NCBI GenBank assembly: GCA_024644045.1
Contig: JAHELT010000006.1
Coordinates: 2,224-66,223, forward strand
Length of the DNA: 64,000 nucleotides
From: Chromatiales bacterium
GTDB taxonomy: Bacteria > Pseudomonadota > Gammaproteobacteria > JAHELT01
Direction: 5' to 3'
The translations under genes were made by a program, and so were the position numbers. The first letter of the stretch is position 1; the number at the start of each line of letters is the position of its first letter. Shown here piece by piece: positions 55,997-64,000 of this stretch. The notes below the pieces were generated by a model. It saw nothing but the letters and a program-made list of their open reading frames with translations. It made no database searches and was not told where the DNA came from.

Positions 55997-57253
55997 TTGA
56001 AGAAGTGCCCACAAGTTAGAGTCGGTCAGGTGCAAAAGGTCGTTACAACCTCGGTGACAACCGTCGAGATTCCGGTCAGCGGACTCGAAAAAGGCATGTA
56101 CGTCAGTGGCTTGGACATCCCGTGGTTGCAATCACCGTTCCTGTATCAGGGCTTCGAGATCGAGTCCAAGGACCAGATCGACGAGCTGCAGGCGCTGTGC
56201 AACTACGTGCTGGTGGATGTCCGCAAGAGCACCAACAAGAATGCCCCTCTCCCCGATACCTACGCCGTCCCGGTGGAAGAGGAGCTGGAGGCGGCAAACG
56301 GCATTCGCGATACCACCAAGGATATGGTCAAGCGCCTGTTCCATGAAATAGAGCTCGGCAAGGAACTCGACGGACACGCAGTCCGCGAAACGGTCACCGA
56401 AACCGTGAACAGCGTGCTGCGCAACCCGAACGCGCTGATGTTGCTCAGTCAGATCAAGAACAAAGACGAGTACACGGCGGAGCATTCGATGAACGTAAGC
56501 ATCCTGACGGCCGCCTTCGCGCGGCACCTGAGGATGCCGCGCAACCAGATCGACGAGCTGGCGTTCTGCGGATTGCTGCATGACGTCGGCAAGATTCGCG
56601 TGCCGGACTCGGTGCTCAACAAGGAAGGTAAGTTCACGAAAACGGAGCTCGCCGTCATGCGCAAGCACACTACGCACGGCCGCCAGATATTGCTGGCGAG
56701 TAACGGCATCGCGATGCCCGCGCTGGACGTTGCATTCAGCCACCACGAACGGCTGGATGGGCAGGGCTACCCGCGCGGACTGCCCAAAGAGCACATACCC
56801 CAATACGCGAAAATTGTCGCACTGGCGGACGCCTACGACGCGATGACCAGCACCCGCGTGTACCACAAGGCGCGATCGCCTTTCGAAGCGTTGACGATTC
56901 TGTTCGAGAATCGCGGCTCGCAGTTCGATACCAAGCTGGCCGAAACGTTTATCGAGTTCGTCGGCGTCTATCCGGCGGGCAGCATCGTGGAGCTCAGCAA
57001 CGGCGAGGTCGGCATCGTCCTGTCCGTGCACCCTTCACGCAAGCTGCAACCGAGGATCATCGTGGTGCGCGACCCGCAGAAGCAGGCGTGCACTGAGCGC
57101 GTTATCGACCTGCGCTGGGATGCTTCCGATTTTGCCGGCAACAAGTACGTGATCAAGCAGACCCATCCCGACGGCAGCTTCGGCATCAGCCTCAAGGCGT
57201 ACATGGACCGGGGCCTGCGCATCGAAGTACCGGGCTCCGAAGCGGTCGCCTGA
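55997..57253 (+). CDS. HD-GYP domain cyclic-di-GMP phosphodiesterase with DUF3391-type N-terminal domain
   Basis: It has the DUF3391-like N-terminus VEIPVSGLEKGMYVSGLDIPWLQSPF, the HD motif LLHDVGK and HHERLDGQGYPRGL. The start is uncertain (TTG 55997, GTG 56030 or GTG about 56054). Confidence 0.85.
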   Translation: MKKCPQVRVGQVQKVVTTSVTTVEIPVSGLEKGMYVSGLDIPWLQSPFLYQGFEIESKDQIDELQALCNYVLVDVRKSTNKNAPLPDTYAVPVEEELEAANGIRDTTKDMVKRLFHEIELGKELDGHAVRETVTETVNSVLRNPNALMLLSQIKNKDEYTAEHSMNVSILTAAFARHLRMPRNQIDELAFCGLLHDVGKIRVPDSVLNKEGKFTKTELAVMRKHTTHGRQILLASNGIAMPALDVAFSHHERLDGQGYPRGLPKEHIPQYAKIVALADAYDAMTSTRVYHKARSPFEALTILFENRGSQFDTKLAETFIEFVGVYPAGSIVELSNGEVGIVLSVHPSRKLQPRIIVVRDPQKQACTERVIDLRWDASDFAGNKYVIKQTHPDGSFGISLKAYMDRGLRIEVPGSEAVA

Positions 57254-57420
57254 TCAACACCGGCGCCGGGCAGGCGCTCCACTCCCTCGACATCAGTTCC
57301 GCCGCGGCGAAGCCGGTCTGCGTTCCCGGCTCAGCACCCCGTCTCGGTCGCACAGCGTACCGGACGCGCGACATTTGCCGTATCATGCGCTTCACTCGAA
57401 AGCGTCGCACCAAGATCGAC

Positions 57421-57870
57421 ATGGACATTCAAGGACAGCACCAGATCGACGCCTCGCCCGAGCGTATCTGGCGCGACCTCAACGACCCGCACGTACTGCA
57501 GGCCTGCATCCCCGGTTGCGAAGCGTTGCGCCGGGTCGACGAACAGCATTTCGAATGCGAGATCACGGCGAAGTACGGCCCGGTCAAGACCCGGTTCAAG
57601 AGCAGACTGAGCATCGAGGACAGTGTGCCACCGAGCTCTTACGTGCTGGCCGGTGAAGGTAAAGGCGGGGTTGCCGGGTTCGGCAAAGGCCGCGCGCACG
57701 TCCAGCTGACGCCGCAGGCAGGCGGTACGCTGCTCGTGTACACGGCCCGCTTCACGGTGGGCGGCAAGCTGGCGCAACTCGGTGCGCGCCTGGTCGCTTC
57801 CACAACGAGAAAGCTCTCGGACGATTTTTTCTCAAGGTTCAGCGCGCGGTTCGACGCGCTCGACGTCTAG
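57421..57870 (+). CDS. coxG: CoxG/SRPBCC family protein (carbon monoxide dehydrogenase subunit G-like)
   Basis: [34 protein letters not shown]...[24 protein letters not shown] is the typical CoxG layout. The start is ATG 57421. Confidence 0.8.
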   Translation: MDIQGQHQIDASPERIWRDLNDPHVLQACIPGCEALRRVDEQHFECEITAKYGPVKTRFKSRLSIEDSVPPSSYVLAGEGKGGVAGFGKGRAHVQLTPQAGGTLLVYTARFTVGGKLAQLGARLVASTTRKLSDDFFSRFSARFDALDV

Positions 57871-57890
57871 GCGCCGGCGCGATCTACCCC

Positions 57891-58028
57891 CTGGCACTGA
57901 CAGTCAACGGAGCGCGGGTGACCGCGGAGGTCGAGGCGCGCACCCTGCTCGTGGATTTCCTGCGCGATAGCTTGAAGCTCACCGGCACCCACGTGGGCTG
58001 CGACACCAGTCCGTGCGGGGGACGGTGA
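57891..58028 (+). pseudogene. remnant of a 2Fe-2S small subunit (CoxS / xanthine-dehydrogenase-family iron-sulfur subunit), N-terminal ~45 codons only
   Basis: It translates to [45 protein letters not shown]. The conserved N-terminus of CoxS-type proteins (..LTVNG....EVEPRTLL..FLR..L.LTG.H.GCDTS.CGACTV) breaks off inside the first Cys motif. There is no start codon in frame. Confidence 0.7.
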
Positions 58029-58029
58029 T

Positions 58030-58416
58030 CACGGATCGGCGCGAAATCAGCGCTTCCTGGGCATGCTCGAGACGGCGCTGCAGGACGGCGAGTTGATCAT
58101 TGGCTGCCGCTTCAACGTGCCCGAACGAGCCGCCTACGTTAAGTTCTGCAACCCGGTATCGCGCTACGCCATCGTCGGCGTGTTCGTGGCCTCGTTCGAC
58201 GATCAGCTGCGCGTCGCGGTGGCGCCGTGCGTGCACCGGGTAGCGGAAATGGAACGCGCGCTGGCCAGGCGCTTCAGCGCGGACAGCATCGCACCGATCT
58301 CGATCGACCCGCAACAGTTGAACGAGGATCCGCACGCGACCGCCGCGTACCGTGCACATCTCGTCAACGTACTCGCTCAGCGCGCCGTCGCCCGCAGCAT
58401 GAACCCGGGCACGTGA
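58030..58416 (+). pseudogene. remnant of the FAD-binding medium subunit (CoxM type), C-terminal domain only
   Basis: RFLGMLETALQDGELIIGCRFNVPERAAYVKFCNPVSRYAIVGVFVA...DPHATAAYRAHLVNVLAQRAV matches the CO-dehydrogenase flavoprotein C-terminal domain pattern. The N-terminal FAD-binding domain is absent. Confidence 0.7.
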
Positions 58417-59336
58417 CCGACGCGCTCGCTCGACACGGCCTGCGTGCCGCCGAGGCGCACGCCTACCGCCGCGGGCTGATGCTGGTGCTGCTGGCAGGCT
58501 TGTGCTGGTCGACCATGGGGTTGGGCATCCGTTTCATGGAACAGGCCAACGTCTGGCAGATTCTGTTCTACCGATCCTGCGCGCTGGTGCCTTTTCTGTT
58601 TTTCATCATCAGCGTGCGCTCCCGTGGCAAGGCGCTGTCGGTCATCCGCACGGCCGGTATCGCGGGCGTGCTCGGCGGGCTGGGACTGGTGTTCGCGTTC
58701 GCCGGCGGCATTTACGCAATCCAGGCAACCAGCGTCGCCAACGCGATGTTTCTGTTTGCATCGGCCCCGTTCTTTGCCGCGCTGATGGGCCGCGCGTTGC
58801 TCGGCGAACGCGTGCGCACCGCGACCTGGTTTGCCATGGCCTCGGCGTCGCTCGGGATAGCGATCATGGTGGCCGAAGGCATTTCGCTCGGTCACGCGGC
58901 CGGGAATCTGGCGGCGATCGCCGCGGCCCTGGGCTTCGCCGCCTTCACCATTGCGCTGCGCTGGCGCAAGCTGGAGGACATGTTGCCTGCGGTGCTGCTG
59001 TCCGGGATATTCGCGGTTGCGGTGGCTGGAACGGTCTGCCTGGCTTACGACCATACGCTGATGCTCCCGGCGCGCGACATCGCAATCGCACTGGCGATGG
59101 GCGTGTTTCAGCTGGGTGCCGGCCTGTTCGTCTACACGATCGGCTCGAAATCGGTACCGGCGGTGGAGCTTACGCTGCTGTCGATGACCGAGGTGCTGCT
59201 GGGACCGTTGTGGGTATGGATCGTGCTCGGCGAGACGGCGAGCGTGTTCACCCTCATCGGCGGCGGCGTTTTACTGGGTGCGATAGCAGGCAACGCAGTC
59301 TCCGGCGTGCGACGTAAACCGACCCCCGTCATGTGA
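58413..59336 (+). CDS. DMT superfamily (EamA-like) transporter
   Basis: It has 10 predicted helices in two halves. GTG 58413 overlaps the stop of the coxM remnant frame (GTGA). The ORF-track start at 58227 lies inside the remnant. Confidence 0.8.
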   Translation: MTDALARHGLRAAEAHAYRRGLMLVLLAGLCWSTMGLGIRFMEQANVWQILFYRSCALVPFLFFIISVRSRGKALSVIRTAGIAGVLGGLGLVFAFAGGIYAIQATSVANAMFLFASAPFFAALMGRALLGERVRTATWFAMASASLGIAIMVAEGISLGHAAGNLAAIAAALGFAAFTIALRWRKLEDMLPAVLLSGIFAVAVAGTVCLAYDHTLMLPARDIAIALAMGVFQLGAGLFVYTIGSKSVPAVELTLLSMTEVLLGPLWVWIVLGETASVFTLIGGGVLLGAIAGNAVSGVRRKPTPVM

Positions 59337-59348
59337 AACGCCTTCGGA

Positions 59349-60155
59349 TCAGTGTCCCCGAGTGAAATCGTTGCGGCCGGTTCGGTCCCCGCCGCGCAAC
59401 AGGAACAGTGCGCGATTCGAATAACCGTGCGGCGAACCGGCCTCTTCCTTGAGCTTACCCGAGTCGTGGTTGTAGAAACTGCTGCCGGGCATGATGCGCA
59501 GAACCAGACCCACGCGCCGCCGGTCCGAGCGATTGACGCCCGAGCCGTGCACCAGGTAAATATCGTGCAGTGAGATCTGGCCCGGCTCGAGCAGGATGTC
59601 CCGGCCGCTCGCCAGATCGACCTGGTCGTCGTCGATGACCTGCGCCAGCGTGTAGTCGTCGCGATGTTCCCAGTGGTGTGAATAGAGCCGTCGCGGTTTG
59701 TGCGATCCGGGAACGAAGCGCATGCACCCCTGCTCTACCGTCGATCCGTCCAGCGCAATCCATACACTGCAGGTCTCGAGCGGCTCGATCGGGTAGTAGT
59801 CGCCGTCCTGGTGCCAGGGCGTCGCCTTACCCACTTTGGCGGGTTTGCCGAAGATGGTCACGCCCCAGAGCACCAGGTCAGGCCCTGCCACCTGCTCCAC
59901 CATGTCCAGGATTTCCGGGATCAAGGCGAACTCCAGCCATTCGGGATCGCCCTCGACCCCGTAGGTCCCGGCGGTATCCAGATGCGGCCCGAGAATGAAA
60001 TCGGGCGAGAAGTCGGGGTTGTCCCGGTTCGCCGCTAGCAAGCGGTCGTACGCGGCACGCATCCGCTCGAGCATCGGCCCGGGCACGCGGTAATCCGACG
60101 GTATCACGAGCCCGTCCTCGTGGTAGCGCGTTATTTCAGCTTTCGTCAGTGCCAT
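59349..60155 (-). CDS. phytanoyl-CoA dioxygenase (PhyH) family Fe(II)/2-oxoglutarate oxygenase
   Basis: It has the HxD iron motif WHQDGDYY, a distal His region (ISLHDIYLVHGSGVNRS) and a typical PhyH N-terminus (YHEDGLVIP). Confidence 0.85.
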   Translation of the reverse strand: MALTKAEITRYHEDGLVIPSDYRVPGPMLERMRAAYDRLLAANRDNPDFSPDFILGPHLDTAGTYGVEGDPEWLEFALIPEILDMVEQVAGPDLVLWGVTIFGKPAKVGKATPWHQDGDYYPIEPLETCSVWIALDGSTVEQGCMRFVPGSHKPRRLYSHHWEHRDDYTLAQVIDDDQVDLASGRDILLEPGQISLHDIYLVHGSGVNRSDRRRVGLVLRIMPGSSFYNHDSGKLKEEAGSPHGYSNRALFLLRGGDRTGRNDFTRGH

Positions 60156-60316
60156 GGGCTTCAGCCGCTCGCCGGGTGCGCTCTATCGTAATGCCAGTGT
60201 GTAGAGAACTCAAAACAACCCGCAGGCTCGCGCGCCGGCGAGGCGCGCATTGTCCGCAGTGCGATTTGAGCATAGGGTTAGCGCCGTTCACTCGGTTTGC
60301 GAAGGGAACGGGTGCC

Positions 60317-60679
60317 TTGACCAAACAGGATCTGTCATCGACGATCAGCTGGACGCTCCTCGGCGTCGTCCTGAACGGCTTGTTCTTCGGCCACGGCGTG
60401 CTGCTGGTATCGAGCTCCGGCGGCCTCGCGCTGATCGGGCTGTCGGCGATAGTATACGCACTCGCGGGCCTGTCGCTGTTGGGTGCCGCCTGGTTGACCC
60501 CCTTCCCCGCCATTGCCGTCATGACCAGGTTGCTGAGTGTCGTGTACGCGGTCTTGCTGCTCGCGCTCGCCTGGCAACTGGATGTGCTGCGCGGATTCGA
60601 AGGGCTGGCCGGGATCGTGATTCTGCTCGCCGTGCTGGCGGCGAACCAGCTTGCGGTGAAACGCGTGTTGACACGGTGA
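60317..60679 (+). CDS. small membrane protein, unknown function
   Basis: It has four hydrophobic segments (WTLLGVVLNGLFFGHGVLLV, LALIGLSAIVYALAGLSLLGAAW, ...). TTG 60317 is preceded by AAGGGAA at 8-nt spacing. The ORF-track start at 60149 would overlap the PhyH gene. The start is uncertain. Confidence 0.45.
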   Translation: MTKQDLSSTISWTLLGVVLNGLFFGHGVLLVSSSGGLALIGLSAIVYALAGLSLLGAAWLTPFPAIAVMTRLLSVVYAVLLLALAWQLDVLRGFEGLAGIVILLAVLAANQLAVKRVLTR

Positions 60680-60778
60680 ATGCCTGCCCGGCGCACCGGC
60701 GTTGCACGCAACAACAATCGCTAACCGCAGCAGCGGTCGCCGGACTGCACGCGAACGGCAAACGGCCCGCGGGACAGA

Positions 60779-61231
60779 CTAAATGTCGATGCTCTCGAAT
60801 ACGTCCGTTTTGTCGCCGGCGCGACTTGCGCGTTTGGGCTCGACGCTCTCCAATACGTCCGTTTTGTCGCCAGCGCGACTTGCGCGTTTGGGCTCGACGC
60901 TCTCGAACATATCCGTCTTGTTACCAGTGCGTGTTGCGCGTTTGGGTTGACGGCGAGGTGGTGGTTTTGGTGGTTCGCTGATCACCCTTCTGCGCGGCGC
61001 CGGCAACTGGCTGTCTACCATCATCAGGCGCTCGCGGATCTGCAGCAACAGCTTGTTGGCCGTCTCCGCACGCGAGACCAGTGAGCGCTGCGAGGCCCCC
61101 AGCGAAACCACCAGTATGGTGAGCAGCACACACGAGAGTATCATCAGCGCGATGAGCAGCAGCACCGCAAGGCCCAGGGGGGATTGCAAAGCTTCCAGGC
61201 CGTGAGTCGCCGTCGTATTCAGATTTTCCAT
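60779..61231 (-). CDS. membrane-anchored hypothetical protein with C-terminal 18-aa tandem repeats
   Basis: It has one TM helix (LGLAVLLLIALMILSCVLLTILVVSLG), then a Pro/Arg-rich linker, then three PKRA(S/T)R(A/T)G(D/N)KTD(V/M)(L/F)ESxx units. Confidence 0.6.
   Translation of the reverse strand: MENLNTTATHGLEALQSPLGLAVLLLIALMILSCVLLTILVVSLGASQRSLVSRAETANKLLLQIRERLMMVDSQLPAPRRRVISEPPKPPPRRQPKRATRTGNKTDMFESVEPKRASRAGDKTDVLESVEPKRASRAGDKTDVFESIDI
60785..60946. repeat. three direct tandem repeats of 54 bp
   Basis: The units are 60785-60838, 60839-60892 and 60893-60946. The first two are nearly identical (..acgtccgttttgtcgcc.gcgcgacttgcgcgtttggg) and the third is more diverged. They are in frame (18 codons) within the 60779-61231 ORF. 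Confidence 0.85.
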
Positions 61232-61451
61232 CGATCTTTCACTTCGTGACCAGCCATCCTCTGTCCCTCAAACACGCACATACCATGCCGGATCTTTGCG
61301 GTAAACGTTTGCAGCAATGCTCGCGCGGGACGCTTACTCCGTTCTTTTGCGCACACCTGCGTATAAAATTCCGACGTTGTGCTGGTTGCCGCCCCGCGCG
61401 CCGTCGAGCAGACAGCCTGGTCCGACGCGTCACCGCACACCCATGCACTGA

Positions 61452-61826
61452 TCAGTCACGCGGCTCCACCCGCCGCTCGCCTTTGCGGCGATCCGAGTGC
61501 GCAGCGCGACGCTCCTGTCTCGGAACTTCGCGTTGCGCCTCTTCATGCTTGCGCGACCACACGAGCCCGACCAGGGTCAACAGACCCGCGCCACCCAGGA
61601 TCGCGGCCAGGACGACCAGCGCGATACGGCCGACGGCAAAGCCGGCGGTAGTATCGTCCCAGGCAACGCTGGCCAGCACCGCCACCTGCCCGCAGACGGC
61701 GCCGCCCAGTGCGCCGACGATGGAATCCATCCAGGTGCCGGCGCTGAGACGATCCCGCAGGGTGGTCACGAGATGGGCTCCGAGAATACCGCTCAGAACA
61801 CCAGCGCCAACCAGACCCACATCCAT
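61452..61826 (-). CDS. GlsB/YeaQ/YmgE-type (transglycosylase-associated) small membrane protein with basic C-terminal tail
   Basis: It has three Gly-rich helices (GLVGAGVLSGILGAHLV, SIVGALGGAVCGQVAVLA, ALVVLAAILGGAGLLTLVGLVW), followed by an Arg/Glu-rich tail. Confidence 0.6.
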   Translation of the reverse strand: MDVGLVGAGVLSGILGAHLVTTLRDRLSAGTWMDSIVGALGGAVCGQVAVLASVAWDDTTAGFAVGRIALVVLAAILGGAGLLTLVGLVWSRKHEEAQREVPRQERRAAHSDRRKGERRVEPRD

Positions 61827-61981
61827 TTGTTCCCCCTTCTTCTTCGCCAGGCACGCGCGAGCGCGCAGCGCTCAGCTTAGCGCAGTCGCCGCAGGACAGA
61901 TCTGCTGGACTTAACAAAGTGAGAAGTTTGTCCGCCCGGGCCGGACTTGCGCGAGACGGCGAGGCGGTATTGCCTAGACGC

Positions 61982-63460
61982 TCAGGCGGCAAAGGGATTG
62001 CCCTGTCTGGGATCGGTCGACAGCCATACCGACTTGGTTTGGGTGAACGCCCGCATGCCCTCGATACCGTTTTCGCGGCCATAGCCCGATTGCCTGAAAC
62101 CGCCTACCGGAGACTGGGTGGTCGCATTGAAATAGTTGTTGATGTAGACGGTGCCGGCGTTGATTCGCTCGGCCATTGACACGGCGCGCGCCGCGTCGCG
62201 TGTCCAGATACCGGCCGCCAGCCCGAACTCGGAATCGTTCGCCAGTTGCACGGCCTCGGTGTCGTCGTCGAAGCGCAGCACCGCGAGCACAGGGCCGAAC
62301 ACTTCTTTCCGGGCCAGACGCATGCACGGTGTCACCTGCGTGAACACCGTCGGCTCGATGAACCAGCCGTGCGGGGCACCGGGTGGACTGACTGCCCTGC
62401 CCCCGCACAACAGGCTGGCCCCTTCGACTTTTGCGCTTTCGATGTCGGCCAGGATTCGCTCGAACTGTGGACGGTTGGCGATCGGTCCTATGTGCGTGCC
62501 AGGATCCGCGGGAGCGCCAAGCACCGCACCGTCGACGATCTGCAGCAGCTTCTCGAGCACCTCGTCGTGCACGCTGCTGTGCAACAGCAGCCGTGAGCCG
62601 GCGATGCAGCTCTGGCCAGCCGGCGGAAAAATCCCCGCCGCCACGCCGTTGGCGGCCAGCGTGAGATCGGCGTCGGCTAACACCAGCTGCGGCGACTTAC
62701 CGCCCAGCTCCATGATCGACGGCTTGACCTGGCGTGCCGCGGCCGCCGCCACGCGGGCGCCGCCGCCGACGCCGCCCGTGAAGCTGACCAGACGAATCAG
62801 CGGGTGCTCGACCAGCGACTGCCCCGCCTCGTCGCCCAGACCCGTCACGGCATTGACCACGCCCGGTGGCAGGTCCGCGTCCTGCAGCGCGGCCATCAGC
62901 TCGAGCGTGGAGGCCGAGGCGTGTTCGGAGGGCTTGAGCACGACCGTATTGCCGGCGGCCAGCGCCGGGGCGATTTTCCACACGGCGATGAGCAGCGGCG
63001 AGTTCCACGCCGTTATGCAGGCGACCGGACCGTAGGGCTCGCGGCGCGTATAGTTGAGCATGTCGGGCACATCGACAGGGATCGCGGTGCCTTCGAGCTT
63101 GTCGGCCAGACCCGCGTAGTAGTAGAAGCTGTCAGCCAGCCAGGATTGCAGCCCGGGAACTATATCCACACTGCGCTTGCCGTTGTCGCGCGTCTCGACG
63201 GCGCCCAGGGCTTCGGCATGCGTGACCAGGGCATCGCCGAGACGGTGCACGAGACGGCCACGGGCAGAGGCTCTCATGCGGGACCAGGGACCTTCCACGA
63301 AAGCAGCCTGAGCGGCGTGCACCGCCAGGTCCACATCGGGCTCACGGCAGCGAGGGATGGCCGCCCAGACCTCCCCCGTCGTCGGGTCGTAGCTGTCGAC
63401 CCACTCGCCGCCGGCCGGATCGTGCCAGACGCCGTTGGCATAGAACTGATAGGTCTTCAT
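61982..63460 (-). CDS. NAD(P)-dependent aldehyde dehydrogenase
   Basis: 492 aa, with ELGGKSP and the catalytic Cys region GQSCIAGSR. The N-terminus (YANGVW...YDPTTGEVWA) is typical of ALDH. Confidence 0.9.
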   Translation of the reverse strand: MKTYQFYANGVWHDPAGGEWVDSYDPTTGEVWAAIPRCREPDVDLAVHAAQAAFVEGPWSRMRASARGRLVHRLGDALVTHAEALGAVETRDNGKRSVDIVPGLQSWLADSFYYYAGLADKLEGTAIPVDVPDMLNYTRREPYGPVACITAWNSPLLIAVWKIAPALAAGNTVVLKPSEHASASTLELMAALQDADLPPGVVNAVTGLGDEAGQSLVEHPLIRLVSFTGGVGGGARVAAAAARQVKPSIMELGGKSPQLVLADADLTLAANGVAAGIFPPAGQSCIAGSRLLLHSSVHDEVLEKLLQIVDGAVLGAPADPGTHIGPIANRPQFERILADIESAKVEGASLLCGGRAVSPPGAPHGWFIEPTVFTQVTPCMRLARKEVFGPVLAVLRFDDDTEAVQLANDSEFGLAAGIWTRDAARAVSMAERINAGTVYINNYFNATTQSPVGGFRQSGYGRENGIEGMRAFTQTKSVWLSTDPRQGNPFAA

Positions 63461-63616
63461 CGATGTCGTTCCGGCGCGGTCTGCGCCGCGCCATCCTATG
63501 CCAGGCCGGGGTCGCGGCTCAAACCGCCCGGTCGACTTAGCGATGGAGCGCTGGGCGCCGGCCCGGGCCGCCCGACGATCAGTTGCAGCAGCGCCCCGCG
63601 TGCCGCGCCGGGGCAG

Positions 63617-63943
63617 TCAGGTCAGCACCAGCACGCCTTCCTCGCAGCGCAGGGTCTTGCCATCGAGCTCGGCGACCCGCGACTTCTGGGGGATAACCAC
63701 CGACACCTCGCCGATCTTGGTCACCAGGCCGTCCTTCAACGTCTTCGGGGAGATCGCCGAGCGGGCGCAAACGCTTACCAGCCACTGCGGGTTGGAGGTG
63801 GGCTCGAGGCTTCCCCACGAAACCAGCAGCACTTCCTTCTCAGGATCGACGGACTCTTTCAGGTAGCGCCATGCGGAGCTCTTGACCGTCAAGGCGACCG
63901 TCGACGTTTTAGTGACATCCCACTGGCCGGTGTTGCTGGTCAC
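63617..63943 (-). CDS. hypothetical protein
   Basis: 108-aa ORF with coding-like composition. It has a faint resemblance to HesB/IscA-like folds (ALTVKSSAWRYLKE...; LDGKTLRCEEGVLVL) but lacks the conserved Cys ligands. Function unknown. Confidence 0.45.
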   Translation of the reverse strand: MTSNTGQWDVTKTSTVALTVKSSAWRYLKESVDPEKEVLLVSWGSLEPTSNPQWLVSVCARSAISPKTLKDGLVTKIGEVSVVIPQKSRVAELDGKTLRCEEGVLVLT

Positions 63944-63954
63944 GGCGAGGGGGA

Positions 63955-64000
63955 CTACTTCGCTGCGCGCTCGTTGTCGGCCACCACGCGCAGCAGCGCA
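63955..64000 (-). CDS. 3' end of an unidentified gene continuing past the window end
   Basis: The reverse complement reads ..ALLRVVADNERAAK followed by TAG (stop at 63955-63957). It is too short to identify. Confidence 0.3.
   Translation of the reverse strand, partial: ALLRVVADNERAAK

Noticed and set aside
55477-56012. Minus-strand ORFs 55477-55698 (73 aa), 55611-56012 (133 aa) and 55649-55909 (86 aa)
   Set aside because: Their third-position GC is clearly lower than in neighbouring genes, the frames overlap one another, and there are no motifs. One of them runs through the AT-rich promoter island of the HD-GYP gene.
60785-60946. Direct repeats considered as a possible CRISPR array
   Set aside because: The units are contiguous with no spacers, only three copies are present, they are in frame within an ORF, and no cas genes are in the window.

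Overview
GC-rich bacterial chromosomal segment with strong third-position GC bias. It is probably from a Gammaproteobacterium (fabA, zur-znuCB, DUF3391/HD-GYP, CRP/Clp-type palindromes), but the taxon is inference only. I can support about 57 protein-coding genes and 2 gene fragments. I found no rRNA, tRNA, CRISPR array, transposase or integrase. The content mixes central metabolism (pyruvate carboxylase, fabA, cystathionine beta-synthase, pobA, class III ADH, aldehyde DH, def, gloB) with transport (znuCB, a TolC/MacAB-like efflux set, MFS, two EamA). It also holds an unusually dense set of signalling genes: an FHA-domain class III nucleotide cyclase next to a TPR receptor Ser/Thr kinase; a second Ser/Thr kinase fused to HDOD and GAF; an output-less HAMP sensor paired with a DUF4388-like protein; an HD-GYP phosphodiesterase; and a response regulator. 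The main non-genic signals are: (1) a ~240-bp intergenic repeat present twice (6802-7041 and 51593-51847), each copy starting on the TAG stop codon of the upstream gene; (2) a perfect TGTGA-N6-TCACA palindrome in front of the cyclase/kinase cluster; (3) a Zur box upstream of znuC; (4) a decayed cox/xanthine-dehydrogenase-type operon, with a coxS N-terminus abutting a coxM C-terminus; (5) three 54-bp tandem repeats inside a membrane-anchored ORF. No single cluster is demonstrably a new system from sequence alone. The best candidates are the cyclase-FHA/kinase module, the DUF4388 + output-less sensor pair, and the 4Fe-4S/CoA-ligase/NUDIX/MBL operon. Many very long ORFs in the six-frame track are antisense or off-frame shadows typical of GC-rich DNA and were not called. 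Several gene starts were moved downstream of the ORF-track start on the basis of family-typical N-termini, RBS-like runs or 4-nt overlaps; these are judgement calls.
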